Shown piece after piece: positions 25,387 to 38,517 of a stretch of 64,000 nt of DNA. Numbering within the stretch: the stretch's first letter is position 1; each line of letters opens with the position of its first letter. The position numbers were made by a program, and so were the translations under genes. This DNA is from Tubiluchus corallicola (Eukaryota > Animalia > Priapulida): NCBI GenBank assembly GCA_030141605.1, contig JAQGDQ010000458.1, forward strand, positions 1 to 64,000, written 5' to 3'. The notes beneath the pieces are model-generated. The model searched no databases and was not told where the DNA came from. It worked only from the letters and a program-made list of their open reading frames with translations.

Positions 25387-25709
25387 TATTTCGTAACTTC
25401 ACTAACAGCACTTAACAAATGTTGACATCCAAGTGCATGACGAAATCAATAGTTATTTGACAAAATGGGCAATTAATGCCAAATGTCTTATATTATATAT
25501 GTCATTATATATATATTATATTGCCGATTTTGCAAAAAACTGTGTATATCTACTTTTAACGCCAGCAGTCAAACTAAGAAACATTTTTAACAAGACTTCA
25601 GTTGAAAATTTGGAATTCCACGTATCCCAAGCTACAAAAATCTAATCAATTACACAAAGCTAAAAACAATAACAAAAGTCATTAGTAACAAGCGTTAGAA
25701 ATAAAATAC

Positions 25710-26415
25710 AAAAAGTCCTCGCTTAACGACTCCCCGTTTAGCGGCGTCTCGTTTTACGATGCTGAACACTTGACAACATTTTCTCACTTAATGATGTATG
25801 TTCACTAAAACAACGATTTTTTACTGTGTTCAAAACCTTTCTTCATTTTAGCTATAACTTTTTTTTACCTAATTTCAAGCATTAAATTGGTACATTCTGT
25901 CACTAAAACAATTATTTGTGTTTATGCTTCCCGACTTACTGCTAAAAGCAACCTATTTGTAGCAAGGGAGGAATATTTGTGATTTCCAAGCTCCTGAGTT
26001 CAGACTTCATGCAAGGGAATTTTGTTTGCAACCTGTTGCTGTAGCAACCAGTATCTCGATGAAATTGTGCCAAGGCTGTCACGGGGCTTTGGCTTTTACT
26101 ATGCAGTGTTTAATCACTAACTGCTCAGAGAGAGGCGTCAACATTAGTGAAAGAGAAACTGCTAACTACGTATTGATAAGAGAGATATATAAGCAGTTTC
26201 AAACAAGCAGAAAGAAATTAATCAGAAGAAATATGAATAAAACTCATAAAACATTTAATTTACATGAATTAAGCAACATCGTCTTTGCCTCTGGAAACAT
26301 ATCTCAATTCTTTTACGTTACTCTCTACGGAAATCTTGGCTTCGTTTGACAACATTTTCCTCAACGTTGCATTTTGCTGGAACGCATTAGCGTCGTTAAG
26401 CGAGGATTTAACGTA
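25710..26415. mobile_element. Tigger-like MITE
   Basis: Inverted ends CCTCGCTTAACGAC / GTCGTTAAGCGAGG; outermost bases degenerate. Confidence 0.65.
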
Positions 26416-26749
26416 ATGATACACGGGCGCTACCTAACAGAATTATCAAGCAATCATTTTAGAATGGCAAATTAATTTCAAAACATGTGAATAACTTTAA
26501 CATCAATGAAGAAATGATATCAACTTGTACTGCATTTACTTTACAAGCAAGATCATCCACTGGATAGTAATCAAAGCATTGTTCGAATGCCAGTTAAAAA
26601 TGCTAAACATACATGTCTTTACGAGTGTCGACTGACAATCCATAGCATCTGTATTGACAAGTAAAGAAGTCCCAGGCACATAATTCCAGCAGTATTACAT
26701 CACTAAAAAACAGGAGATGCTGTCATTGTTACAAGTTGATGCCTTCAGA

Positions 26750-27544
26750 TCAGGTCACGTAATTCTGATGAATCACCGAGTGAGCTTTCAAATTACCTTT
26801 TCTATTAAAACGTTTTTTACAGTAATTACATTCAAACGGTTTTTCCCCCGTATGAACCATGACATGTCTCCTAAGGTCAGTTTTGGACCGGGTATGAAAA
26901 AAACAGAGGTCACACTGCCACTGAATATTTTTACTAGCACTCATGAATGAGCCTCCCTGGGCCGGGTTCACACTAGCGGCTTGAGCGCGAGACGGCTGAT
27001 GTTTGGTAACCCTACGCCTAACTGCCGATCTTCTTTTTTGTCTTGCGGTAAGGCCGTGCATTTCCGGGCGTTTGGTGAGTGTAAGACCAAAACGAGGAAC
27101 GAGCAAGTGACCGTCATCGGCGTTGTGTCCAAGCAGTCCTGGACAATCTTCCGTTCTGTCGGCAAATTCAGCTGTTCTGTTGCTAAAAGCTTCTCCATTA
27201 TCGCTCTCAAGACTCACCTCAGTCACTTCATTGGCTTCAGACATCAGAAGCATGTGTGTTCTATCAAATTCAGGGGAAGTAATCACGTCTTCAGCAGCGC
27301 TAATGTCAACTGCACCACAGATAAGATCACTTTCGTTTTCATACGTTGCAGGATCACATTTAACAGCGGCTAGAGCGTGTTCATCGTGTGCACCCGGTAC
27401 ATCTATATTTGGATTGTTACCGTCGCATACTAGTATCTTACAATGCCATGTTCTCGTATGCGCAAAGAATATCTCCTCACTGATGAAACATTCAGAGCAT
27501 GCTGTGCATTTGAAGTAGATATCTCGAGAAGTGCTTTGTTCCAT
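26750..27544 (-). CDS. Zinc-finger array paralog 9 (closest to paralog 8)
   Basis: 264-aa ORF; [34 protein letters not shown]. Acceptor at 27577. Confidence 0.93.
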   Translation of the reverse strand: MEQSTSRDIYFKCTACSECFISEEIFFAHTRTWHCKILVCDGNNPNIDVPGAHDEHALAAVKCDPATYENESDLICGAVDISAAEDVITSPEFDRTHMLLMSEANEVTEVSLESDNGEAFSNRTAEFADRTEDCPGLLGHNADDGHLLVPRFGLTLTKRPEMHGLTARQKRRSAVRRRVTKHQPSRAQAASVNPAQGGSFMSASKNIQWQCDLCFFHTRSKTDLRRHVMVHTGEKPFECNYCKKRFNRKGNLKAHSVIHQNYVT

Positions 27545-29409
27545 GTTGGGCGGAGTTGCTTAATTTAGTATAGATGCTGAAAAAAATTTTGCAGATTTTT
27601 AAAACTACTAAATAATTAATTTCGTATGGGAATTGCCATCAAAATAAGTCAAAAGTAAGAAGTTACAGATTACAGGATGATTGCAGAAAAACAAATTGCA
27701 AATTAGAGAGATTTAAAAATTATAAATTAACTTTCATTTAACAGAAGAAATTGTGTCAATGTGACTTTAACTCCTTCGGAACCGCATCATTCAAAATAGG
27801 TCTTGTAAAATCTGATTTTTCTGCTACTGTATGACCACAAAAGTTTGTAAACAATTACAAATTAGGTACTGTTCTGTTCAGCAGAATCTCGGCTATCCAA
27901 TCATGCTATTTGTTTGAACATTTATAAGTGATTTAATTGAATAAAGTGCAGAAAAACAACCCCTCTTCAGACACTCCAACATAGCCGATTGAGTAGCTTA
28001 GTCTGGTGCACACTTGCGTGATCGTACACACTGCTTGCTTGCTACAGTCCAAGCTGTGCAGTGTTCTGCTGCTATTCCAGAGTAGACATGAGGCCAAAGT
28101 GTATGAAACTGTTGTGTCTGGATAGTTGAGATTTTCTGCATTAGCTGATTTCACACAAGTGATACTGTACATTGTTACAGTGCAAACACTAAATTTACTG
28201 AAAGCTTTTTCAGATTATTGGTCAAAAATAATCGACTATTCGTTTGTCTAAGGTAAGCGAATGCATTTCGTATATAATTTTGCAGGAAAGTCCATTGTGT
28301 GAGGAGTAGAAACCTATAACAATTATTAAATATAATGTAATTGTTACCTAGCGAGGACAGTTTTCCATGAACCCATGCAAAATGCAGCAAACGCTTACAC
28401 TCCTGAAGGAGTTAACCAGAATATGTTTTCATAAACAAAAACAAGTTCAAATATGTTCCATAATGCTACACATCATCAAAACTTTCACTTTTGTTCACCA
28501 AAATAATATATTAATACAAAAATATAATCTTTTGAAACAAAATTACACAATCAGTACGGAACACGAACAATATCATGATTATCACAATGAACTGTCACGT
28601 AGCTTCAAAGACTATTCAACAATATTCAAAGATGTATTTCATCTTTGAGCCAACTATTTGCCAGTAGGATGTAAGTAATTAAGAAAATTACACCACTCCT
28701 TTTTGAATTTCTAAATCTGTATTCACATGTTAGAAAACATACTGTAAATCTTTAGGCTAAAATTTTCGCTATTTAATTAGCAATGTCTTTTGCATTTGAG
28801 CATCATTTGCTACGCCACGTTTTTGCTTCAACTCTTTGTGCTCAAACTTTACGTATGCTTTCCCTTATATTTGCAAATTAAATGATAATACTACAAAAAA
28901 GTAGTTACAAGCAATGTTAAAATAAAATATGATAGACAGAACAGAACAAATCCAGAAAAATTCAGTGTTATGTGAAATTTGCAATTTTAAATGTGAATGT
29001 ATTGAAAGATTAGTAATTTTTTACCTAGATCTATATATAGCCTACATTATATTACAATAATTATACACACCATGTTAATTACTGCAATTAGTAAACAAAC
29101 ATTAGTTCAACTAGAAAACATCGTTCAATAAGCAGTAGTTTATCCACATCAGAGACACAAACAGAATGTGTTTCAGACTACAAATTACTGTGAATACATC
29201 ATATTACATAGACAGATTAGAAGAGAAAGAAGCCACTAATTAAGTTACAACTTTGCAGTGTCAAGAAACCAACGAGTCAAAATGATGAAAGGAGCAGACT
29301 AGGTAAAAACTCAAACAGAAATGCACTACGTCTCTCATTGCTTAAAAAATCTGCTGTATCAAAGTGGACTCAGTGAGTATCAGAGCAACGCTGTACAATC
29401 AAACCGACT

Positions 29410-29959
29410 CGAAGTCAAGAACTGCACGTACTTGTACTTGACGCGTACAATTTCTTCCGGATACTTGTAACTTTTAAAAACAAAGTATTTGTACTTGATC
29501 GTAAAGTACCAGAAAATATCATCTAGACTGTACTTGACGCGTACAATTTCTTCCGGATACTTGTAACTTTTAAAAACAAAGTACTTGTACTTGATCGTAA
29601 AGTACCAGAAAATATCATCTAGACTTTCAAATGTGATGCTTTATATAACTACACAAGAAAGTAAAACAATAAATTAGCTGTTTAAGAAAAATTCTGAAAA
29701 TTATTTTCATTTTATTGGCACCAGGGTGCGCCACAGCAAAGTTCTGTTGCAGTAAGTGTAATGACAAATAAAAACATTATCTTGAATTAGTAATAAATAT
29801 AATATTTTGTGAAAACATGGTTTATTTAATTAGAAAGTACTTGTTCTCGTATTTGTAATTGCACTTTGAGAGCATTTGTATTTGTACTTGTACTTGATAG
29901 TGTTCAAAAAGTACCTGTACTTAATTCAAGCACAAATTATAGTACTTGACCCAAGACTG
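29410..29959. mobile_element. MITE-like element rich in GTACTT repeats with an internal ~95-bp tandem duplication
   Basis: Many GTACTTGTACTTG motifs; 29434-29528 repeated at 29529-29626; ends CTTGACCCAAGACTG. Confidence 0.5.
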
Positions 29960-31339
29960 CAAACAAAAACTATCTTGAATTTAAGCAGGGTGTTAGGAAA
30001 GGGGAGAAGCTGTGCAAGAAGCATCACTATTTCTTCATAAACTGTTTCTGAGAAACAGGCTGAGCAACGGACAGCTGAATAAAGGCAGTTTGCTTTAATT
30101 GACGGAATCTGTAAATTTTACACAGAATGAGGCAATCAGCTTAATTTCATTTTTGTAAATCTCTGCCAATCATTACTGTCATTCCGCTTCATGTATGCCT
30201 TGTTTTAAGTTTGACTAAAGATAAACCAACTTAATCGGTTGAGAACTTGTTGTAGACAGTGATATGCCGATACCGATGTGCTGCAAAAAGCGCAGTTAAC
30301 AGTCTGCGTTGCAACGATAACACATAGACACACGCATACGTATTATACGCTGTTCCTTTAAAAATTAATTTTGAAATGAAACCTTAAATTAGAATCTATA
30401 CTGGCTGCATTTTCTGAGGCCGGCCGGAATTTGTTGGAGTAGTACAATTAATTGCTCAGAGTATATACGGTACTCATTACACTAGTAAAAATTAATTTTT
30501 TTATTGGCACGGTAAATTAGATTATTCTGTAGACCTTAAAGTTGACAGTACTAATACTTACTTTTTAGAAATCTTGTAGAAATTTCTATTTAGTACTAGA
30601 CTAGAAAAATTTATTTTTCTAATTCGGAAGAAATTAAACAAACAGAATTTCACCTTAAAAATTGGGCATCATACCAGAAATCTTCTTTACAAAACTAACA
30701 ATGAACAGAAGCATAGAGATCAATTTGCCGCGACCGAGCTTATGGTTCAGAGGACAGTGGTTCATTCATTAGTTCATGATGCTGTTGAATCCGAGCTAAT
30801 GAGGATTCGCTGAACTTATCAAATGCAGTAAATGCTAGGATAATAATTATTGTTAAAATTTTAGCCCAAGGCGAATTTGCGCGTTTATAATTTTATTATC
30901 CACCTTACGCAATTGTATACTGACATAATTATGCTCAATCGTGAAAAATAGGGTTTCCTATGTGCAAAAGAAAACCAGTAAATGCATTATATAAGTCATA
31001 TATTAATACATATTATTAATACACATACGTATATGTGTGTGTATACTGTACAATATAAAGTATACAAACACATATATGTATACATAGACATATATATTAT
31101 ATAAAAACAATGTTACAATAGTATGGCCTACTTTGTGAGGAAATTATAATCCATTACATTAAAACTAAACAAGGTGAACAAAAAATTTCTTACTCTAAAA
31201 TGCTGTTTCATAACAACAAACGGTAGTAATTGGTCATTAGTTATTAGATGGAAAAGCTTTTTCACTTTTGCTCAAACAATAAGGCTAATTAAACCAATAC
31301 AAAATGCATATATTAATTTATAACAGTTGTTAAAAACGT

Positions 31340-32812
31340 TTTAGATTTAGATTTATTTATTCATCATTTAGCACATACAAAAATCAAAGTTATACAGTAA
31401 CAAATTAACAATGCATTGCAGTGCTATGAGCGCAGCAGAAGGGATTAACTTAAGAGCAACACTCAACATGGAGAAGACTAAGTTAATGATATAAACAACA
31501 ACTAAAAAATATGTTAAATGGAGCAAACCAAACATATGGGAGAAAATGATAATGACAATGTTGATGATGTTGATGATAATGATGACAATCATGGTGATAT
31601 TAATGCTGATGACAATGATAATGATTTGATGCTAATGCGCCAGGTTCGATGATATAAACCGAGTTAGCCATCTTTGCAATGTTACGAAAATTGTATTAAA
31701 TAATAACTAACTAAAAAATATAAAGATATGTTATTTTCAATTACAGAAATTGACTAATTAGGCCCATATGACCCAAGAATTGATTTCTTAAATTTATGTT
31801 TGAAAATATGTTCTGATTTAGCATTTTTTCTATTTCTAGGCAAAGTTTATTCCATAGTAAAGGCCCTGTGAATGTTAAATGATGTCTGGTTGTGTTTGTT
31901 CTGCAGTACTGCACTTCAAATTCATTTGACCTAGTACTACGAAATTTAACATATAATTGAACTGGATTATTAAAAAAGATTGATACCTAGGTTATATACT
32001 AAATCATCAACTAATAATATTTTACATTCTTTAAAATGGATATTATTTATATGTGCCCTTCTATTTTGTTTATGAAGAATACGCAAAAATTTTCTTTGGG
32101 CTACCTTTAGATTAGATAATTTTGAAAAATACATTTTTCCCCCAAAGAATGGAACAGTAATTAAGATAAGGAACAGTAAGTAAGATAAGATAAGTAACTG
32201 AAATAAAATAAAAGACACTATTCTCATTGAGTAAGAACTAAGCTATTATATAAAGTAACTATGCAGGATTTTGAAAGATAATAGCGAATATAAGTAATGT
32301 TTCCTAGATTTTGTTGATATTTTTTTACCAATATATTTAATATGAGAAGTCCAGTCTAAATGCTCTTGTAAAATTATCCCCAAGAATTTTATTTCTTTTA
32401 CTATTTCGATGTTGACATTATCAATCATAAAATTTAGATTTTGTGGAATATTTGTATTTTTTGGTCTAAAAATTATGCATTTAGTTTTACTGATATTCAA
32501 AGATAGTTTGTTACCGTGAAACCAATTAAAGATGGTGCACAATTCATTGTTAATTTGTTGTACATTATTTAGGTTGCTAATTTTTAGAAATAAACTGGTG
32601 TCATCTGCAAATAAAATAATTTTTGCCTCGGTGATATTATTAGTCATTTATGAATAATAGAAATAACACTGGCTCTAAAATGGATCCCTGTGGAATGCCA
32701 TACAGCAGTTCTTGACTATCAGATTTTATATTATTGTATTTAACAGCTTGAGACCTGTTTGTGAAGTAACTATGAAACCATTGATAAGCAAGTCCTTGTA
32801 TTCCATACGTGG
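31340..32812 (-). mobile_element. 5'-truncated, frameshifted CR1/L2-clade LINE (reverse transcriptase fragment)
   Basis: Minus strand encodes YGIQG..YQWFHSYFTNRSQ, GIPQGSIL.PVLFLLFIND, IILFADDT, NKLSLNISKTKCIIF, IKFLGIILQEHLDWTSHI. AATAAA and TCTAAA tail near 31345. Confidence 0.88.
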
Positions 32813-33256
32813 TAATTTAGTGATTTCAGTTTCTTTGCCTCTGGCATGCCTAAAATTGGAGAGCATCCATTAACTAATACAAAGAATATAAACAGTAATA
32901 TATATAAACAGCATTGGTTGATTTTTTCTACTTCTAGTCATAAACACATTATACAGCAAAATTTTGCAGTGAACCAACATTGGAGGAGATACAACATTAG
33001 AGATACTTTGGCCACCACATTTTTTTAATATATACAAGTGTAAAAAGTGAAAATGAATCATTAGACTGCTGACTTACAGATTCCAGCAAGGCCTTTTGAT
33101 GAATTTTCATTATGATTAACAAAAAAATTTACATTTTACAGTACTACACCATAAATGTACATGTATCACAATAGCACTACATGCACATTATGCATTTGTA
33201 TAAACTCACAGTACTTCTCATATAATGTAATGCAAAACAAAAAAGTAGCCAGTATG

Positions 33257-33731
33257 CAGTCAACCTCGGGTATAAGGTACTTGCTTATAAGGGACACTCA
33301 CTTATAAAGGGACCACCAACATCTGTCCCGATTTTTCATAATGTTTTTCCTATGTAAAAATCTTCATGTAAAAGGGACTTTCAGTTATAAGGGACGATAT
33401 CTGCAGGTCCCGCGTAATAGAAACCCAGGTAAATTACCTCGCATATAAGGCACCCTGTGATCAAAGCGAAATTGATCGATTTTTAACCTCAATTTTTCAC
33501 AAACTCGGCCTTCGAACATCTCGGTTTCCATGGTCACATACATCTCACACCACTGAAGGAGCTTCCTACATAGATTTGCACTGAATGTGTAGCAATAATC
33601 CATAAAAATATGGGTAAAACAACAGGTCTAGATACATCCTGGTCTGACTCAACATCAGCTATAAGGGACATCAGATATAGGGGACGATTTTTTTCTGGTT
33701 CGGAGGTGTCCGTTATATCCGAGGTTGACTG
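33257..33731. mobile_element. Tc1/pogo-type MITE, copy 2 of 4
   Basis: Same TIR and internal sequence as 24903-25386, same orientation. Confidence 0.85.
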
Positions 33732-34034
33732 TAGTAGATAATACAAACAATTGCTGCTACAATGTGAAGTATGTTTATGCCTGCAAAATCACATATGTAA
33801 CAAGCGCTAGTTGTGAAGTATTGTCCTGCAGGAATCAATACCGTGCTACTGTCATGCTTTCAGTTTTTAAAAAGTTCAAAATACTTTAAGTTTCGATAAG
33901 ACAAGACAAAGCTGAAAACTTGCCCGATGGAATTATTATGAAAAGCTTTGTCGGAATGTCTTTATCAATGGTCAGCAAACAAAGATAACATTGAAAAACT
34001 GGACGCTGCTGGCTGGTCAGTAAACGACATCATG

Positions 34035-34832
34035 TCACCTGGTATGAAGTTTCAAATGTTTTGTTAAGGTGAAATTCCTACTGAAACATTTGTTGCAGTA
34101 GCTACACTTATACGGTTTTTCTCCCGTGTGCTTTCTAATGTGTCTTATGAGACCGCTCTTATGAGTTGTATGATAAAAGCACAAGTTACACTGATACCTC
34201 CTCTGATTCGTAACACTCATTAAAGTTTCGCTTTGTTCCACACTCACACTGCTGTTTTGAGTAGTACTGATTCTTACCGGCGCACTCTTTTGAATAGTCC
34301 TCCGTACCGGCACTTCTTTGTGCGTTAACTGCTTTTTTTGCTGCTCGCGTCTCTCCCAGGAAGGCTTGTTGCTAACACCGGAAATAGAGGTTGATGAGTA
34401 AGCGTCATCAGGACCAAAAGATACCAGGTGTTTTGTTTCAGTTTTATTGGTAGATAAGTGCTCGCCAACATCAGTACATTCGCTGCCATGGGTACCTCCA
34501 TGGACTACATTGGGTTTCTCAGAATCTTGCACGTGTAGCAATTGTTCATCATTATGTTCATCGCTACTCGCTAGCTGCTCAACAGTAACGTTATTCTCAA
34601 CATCATACTCAGTCAATTCCATGGCTTCAGTTTTCACTACGTTTACCGTCTGGTCGTATTCGTTCTTCAAGGTTGGTTTAGGAGTGGTCTCACTCGTACT
34701 GTTGCCTTCGCTAACCAGTATTTTACAGTGCCATGTGCGAGAATGCGCAAGGAATACCTCCTCTTTCAGAAAACACTCAGAGCACGCAGTGCACTTAAAA
34801 TAGATGTCACGATCCAGCATAAATTCTTCCAT
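34035..34832 (-). CDS. Zinc-finger array paralog 10
   Basis: 265-aa ORF; [13 protein letters not shown]; YQCNLCFYHTTHKSGLIRHIRKHTGEKPYKC. Acceptor at 34876. Confidence 0.93.
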   Translation of the reverse strand: MEEFMLDRDIYFKCTACSECFLKEEVFLAHSRTWHCKILVSEGNSTSETTPKPTLKNEYDQTVNVVKTEAMELTEYDVENNVTVEQLASSDEHNDEQLLHVQDSEKPNVVHGGTHGSECTDVGEHLSTNKTETKHLVSFGPDDAYSSTSISGVSNKPSWERREQQKKQLTHKEVPVRRTIQKSAPVRISTTQNSSVSVEQSETLMSVTNQRRYQCNLCFYHTTHKSGLIRHIRKHTGEKPYKCSYCNKCFSRNFTLTKHLKLHTR

Positions 34833-35049
34833 CTTCGCAACAATTGCGTTATCTCTCTGGTGATACGTTTGATTACTGAAATAAATTTTGTAGGATTACC
34901 ATTTCTGTATGCATCACAGGTGACAGATCAGCAGTTGCAGATATGTAGCAAATCAGAAAGAGGTGAAAATCAAACTAAACCCTCAATATAACAATAGCCT
35001 TTACAACCTAAAATTCTACTATCATTACGAATATTAAATGTATTTTATT

Positions 35050-35418
35050 ATATTTACTGTAAAACGTGTCTCTTTTGATTTCTTATCACTTCGTTGTTAG
35101 CGGTATGAAGAACCGCCAATTTTCATTGCGCGAGACGAATGATGTAGTGAGTACAGTCGCGACGTCACCTTTCTGTACATGTGGGTAAATGTGCCAAGTT
35201 TTGTAAACGAACATCGGTAACCAAAAACTTTCTGCACAACGTACGTCATTCTCGCTCACTTACTCCAAAGATCCAAAAAAATATTCGAAATTTGCCAGAA
35301 TAAGGTAAGTTATTTTATTTAACCTTCTTTTGTGTAAAAATAACTATGAATTCTTTGCGAAATCATAATAACGCATTAAAAAAATGTCAATGTCTGTTGG
35401 AGTTATAAAGGCCTTTAA
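35050..35418. repeat. Dispersed repeat fragment (possibly Kolobok-like end)
   Basis: GTAAAAC(G/T)TGTCTCTTTTGATT...TATCACTTC shared with about 16578; ends GGCCT|TTAA. Confidence 0.4.
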
Positions 35419-35685
35419 TTCACATACTGGTAGAATATTACAGACAAAATAATCAAAACCAGGTGTATCTTTTATAAAAATTATAAGCAAGCATTTTATT
35501 AGTTAAATAGCATGGGCTAGTGTTACCTTATTGTAAGGCGAGTACAAGTTTTAACATTACAAACAAAATAGTCGATACATAAGACCAGATTCAAATGATT
35601 GTCACCAGAATCAATAAGATGTTTACATGGAGAATTCTTGAAGTGCTTTCATTAAATTAACAATGTCATTAAAGGACAAGAAAAC

Positions 35686-35912
35686 GGGTACCTAAAGTAG
35701 GTTTCAGAAAAATTGCCTTAAAAATTATATTATTTTACAGCAATTTTATGCACATATCGTATTTGAGTTGAAAGCAATTTTCGTTTGTTTGCATCTAAAT
35801 TTCCCGCAATACTGTTTCGACGGCGCCATTACATGACGCCACTAGAACACATAAATCAGGGGAAGAAAAGGCAATGTTAAATTATGAACCAAAAAACTTT
35901 CCGTGCAAATCT
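35686..35912. repeat. Dispersed ~230-bp repeat (DNA transposon end), copy 1
   Basis: GGGTACCT(A/G)AAGTAGGTTTCAGA...AAATCAGGGGAAGAAAAG shared with 49294-49522. Confidence 0.7.
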
Positions 35913-36072
35913 ATATTTAACTGCAAAAACAAAGTATTATTTTCTGTAGAGCTAAATAAATCTACATAATGTCTATATATAAGTACACATATCAAAATAC
36001 AGGTATTATGTTTTTCTCGATATACTATTATTTGACGATCAAGAAAAACAAAGTTATGCAGTTTTGCATAAT

Positions 36073-36152
36073 GTATACATATACATACATACATACATAC
36101 ATACTATACATACATACATACTATACATACATACATACATACATATATATAT
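36073..36152. repeat. (CATA)n microsatellite
   Basis: Direct reading. Confidence 0.9.
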
Positions 36153-36790
36153 ACCAACTCATCAATGAAGACTACTCATTTAATAAATCAATTAATTAGC
36201 AAATTTAATTTAGTCCTCCATTAAAACAGAACGAAAACGGCGACAATCACGGTTCATGGGATATTTCTTTAACCGGAAACGCAGATTAAAAAGCGACGAT
36301 AAAATCTTGTAGAAACATTCGTTGATTGGATAACGACAGGTAAGCTGTCACCTGTCAGGTTGGAGGCATTGCAAATACATTCTAAGTAATTTAACATAAG
36401 AAAAGACCCAATTCAACTGAAGTATACGCAGTAGAATTCACTTAATATATTCGCGGATAATAAAGCCAGCTGCTTATTGTATCCACAATGGCTGGAACAG
36501 AGCTGTATAATGCTTTAACCTAGTAAAAGCCATCGTTTATCAAACCTAAGCTTCACTTTATAAATCCATCACGAATGCTGCAAAGACAAGAAAATTGTGA
36601 TGAAAGATCAGATGATTGTCCCACATCTTCACTTGAGCTAGATCAGCATCTTTGTTCTGAGCACATTTTTATACCTTTGCATTTTTTCCACTTAAGTCTT
36701 TAATGGTCTAATTTACACATTACAACATAAAAGAGTCAATTCAGCATGAGCTGAGAGATCTAATTAGGTTAAACTAACACGTTCATCCCC

Positions 36791-37052
36791 ATGTTCGAGC
36801 CGGCGCCGGCGGCGGTGGAAGCAACACGCCGCTACACGTGGAAGTGCCGCAGAGGAGGTCAGCAGAAGTATTTCAGGCATCAAATCAAGTGCGATATTGT
36901 GTCTCCTCTTGGGCTCGACCGCTACCACCAAGTTTCTGACGATCTCACAGAGCTGCCGCCGTACTGCGAGGACCAGCAGGAGTGGCGTGCGATGGTTCGA
37001 GATGCTACCTGTGCTGGCCTGCCTCTACCTGGTGGGGGCAGCAAGTAAGTAA
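36791..37052 (+). mobile_element. 3' fragment of an RTE-clade LINE
   Basis: GC-rich island encoding WKCRRGGQQKYFRHQIKCD...EDQQEWRAMV, which resembles the RTE ORF C-terminus (W.RRRGG..K.W...D...DR..WR..V). Followed by an (AAGT)n tail. Confidence 0.65.
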
Positions 37053-37658
37053 GGAAACTAACATGCTGATTCTTGCTAATAAACTGTTGTGCACAAGAAC
37101 TTCGACGACTCAGAAAATGAATGCTGAATCATCGCCGATATTAAAATCGTGTTGCATTTTTTAACTTGGCAAGCTGCTCATCACATGTTAAAAGTAACGG
37201 CATCATAAATAGACAATACATACTTTACAAGAGTTGCTGTAATTACGCAAACACTAATGAAATATTGCAGCTTACTTAAAAACTTTTCGCAAGAAGTTTG
37301 CTAAGTATTAAGAATATTGGCTTCACAAATGAGCAAAACAAACTGTAATAACATAACAAATGCTAGGTAGGTCTCGTTGGTTTATAAATCCAGCCGCTCA
37401 AAAAAATCCGTTTAGCTTCACACCAAAGTGGATTCATTAAGCTGAGTATACTGTAATACCCAAGGACCATGTTTACCATTAATCAACGTCTCAAGAACTT
37501 TACAATCAGAAGTAACTTTTTAAAAGTTTCGTCGTGCAGAAAGTCTTTTGTAAGTGACTCGAGTGTCTCATTAAAACGTTTCCCACATTTTTGCAATGAA
37601 CCTCGAGACTTTCACATTGCAAGGTGATGAAAACGATCGTCTCAGGTAGTTCAGATAG

Positions 37659-37764
37659 TCTCAGGAGTACGTGTAATGACTATTGTCAGCAACTAAACTT
37701 TGAGAGTTAGATCTCAGGAGTACGTGTAATGACTACTTTCAGCAACTACACTTTGAGAGTTAGA
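37659..37764. repeat. 53-bp tandem duplication spanning the stop codon of paralog 11
   Basis: TCTCAGGAGTACGTGTAATGACTA...CTTTGAGAGTTAGA occurs twice. Confidence 0.85.
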
Positions 37765-38517
37765 TACTGCGTGAATTCTTTTAAAGTGTTTGTTTAGATC
37801 ACTGTTTCTGCTGAAAGATCTGTCACATTGACTACACTGATAAGGCCTTTCTCCCGTGTGCTTTCTAATGTGTCTGACGAGACCAGTCTTATGAGTTGTG
37901 TGATAAAAACACAAATTACATTGATACTGTCTTTGATTACAAACTGTACTAACACTCATTAACGTTTCCGGATGTTCCACGCTGCAGTTTTCAGGATCCA
38001 TTTTCCCTGTAACATTCTCTTGAGAAAACCTCGATGAACGTTCCAAGTTTCGCTCTGTCCTCCTCCGCGGTTGAGGTTTGCGCAAAGGCTCGCTGATGAA
38101 ACCAAGACCAGCATCTGTGCTTTGATGAGCATTAGAGTCGAAAGAAACCGGTCGGCTTGTTTCGGCATCTCCGCTATCAAGGCGAACACATATGCTAGTT
38201 TGCGCAGTTTCATAAACTGCATGCTGTTCTTCATTATCTTCTGCATGAATATGATCAGCGTTAATGAATTCATGCTTTTCATCAATACAGTTTTGACTTT
38301 CATAATCGGACAACTCCATAACCTCGGTTTTAATCGTATTAACAATGTTTTGCTCTTCTTGATCTTCAGAAATTAATCCTCTTGGACAGTTGCCTTCATT
38401 GACCAATACTTTGCAGTGCCACATCCTTGAATGAGCAAAGAATGTCTCTTCTTCTAGAAAATACTCAGAGCAAGAGGTGCACTTGAAGTAGACATCTTGA
38501 AGCAGAGGCTCCTCCAT
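37714..38517 (-). CDS. Zinc-finger array paralog 11 (closest to paralog 10)
   Basis: 267-aa ORF; YQCNLCFYHTTHKTGLVRHIRKHTGERPYQC. Acceptor at 38565. Confidence 0.93.
   Translation of the reverse strand: MEEPLLQDVYFKCTSCSEYFLEEETFFAHSRMWHCKVLVNEGNCPRGLISEDQEEQNIVNTIKTEVMELSDYESQNCIDEKHEFINADHIHAEDNEEQHAVYETAQTSICVRLDSGDAETSRPVSFDSNAHQSTDAGLGFISEPLRKPQPRRRTERNLERSSRFSQENVTGKMDPENCSVEHPETLMSVSTVCNQRQYQCNLCFYHTTHKTGLVRHIRKHTGERPYQCSQCDRSFSRNSDLNKHFKRIHAVSNSQSVVAESSHYTYS

Noticed and set aside
27600-34000. Additional hidden family members in the long gaps (also 15.4-22.2 kb)
   Set aside because: I found no trace of the CTACSEC/WHCKIL or CFYHT/HTGE motifs by eye. A tBLASTn search would be needed to exclude very decayed copies.
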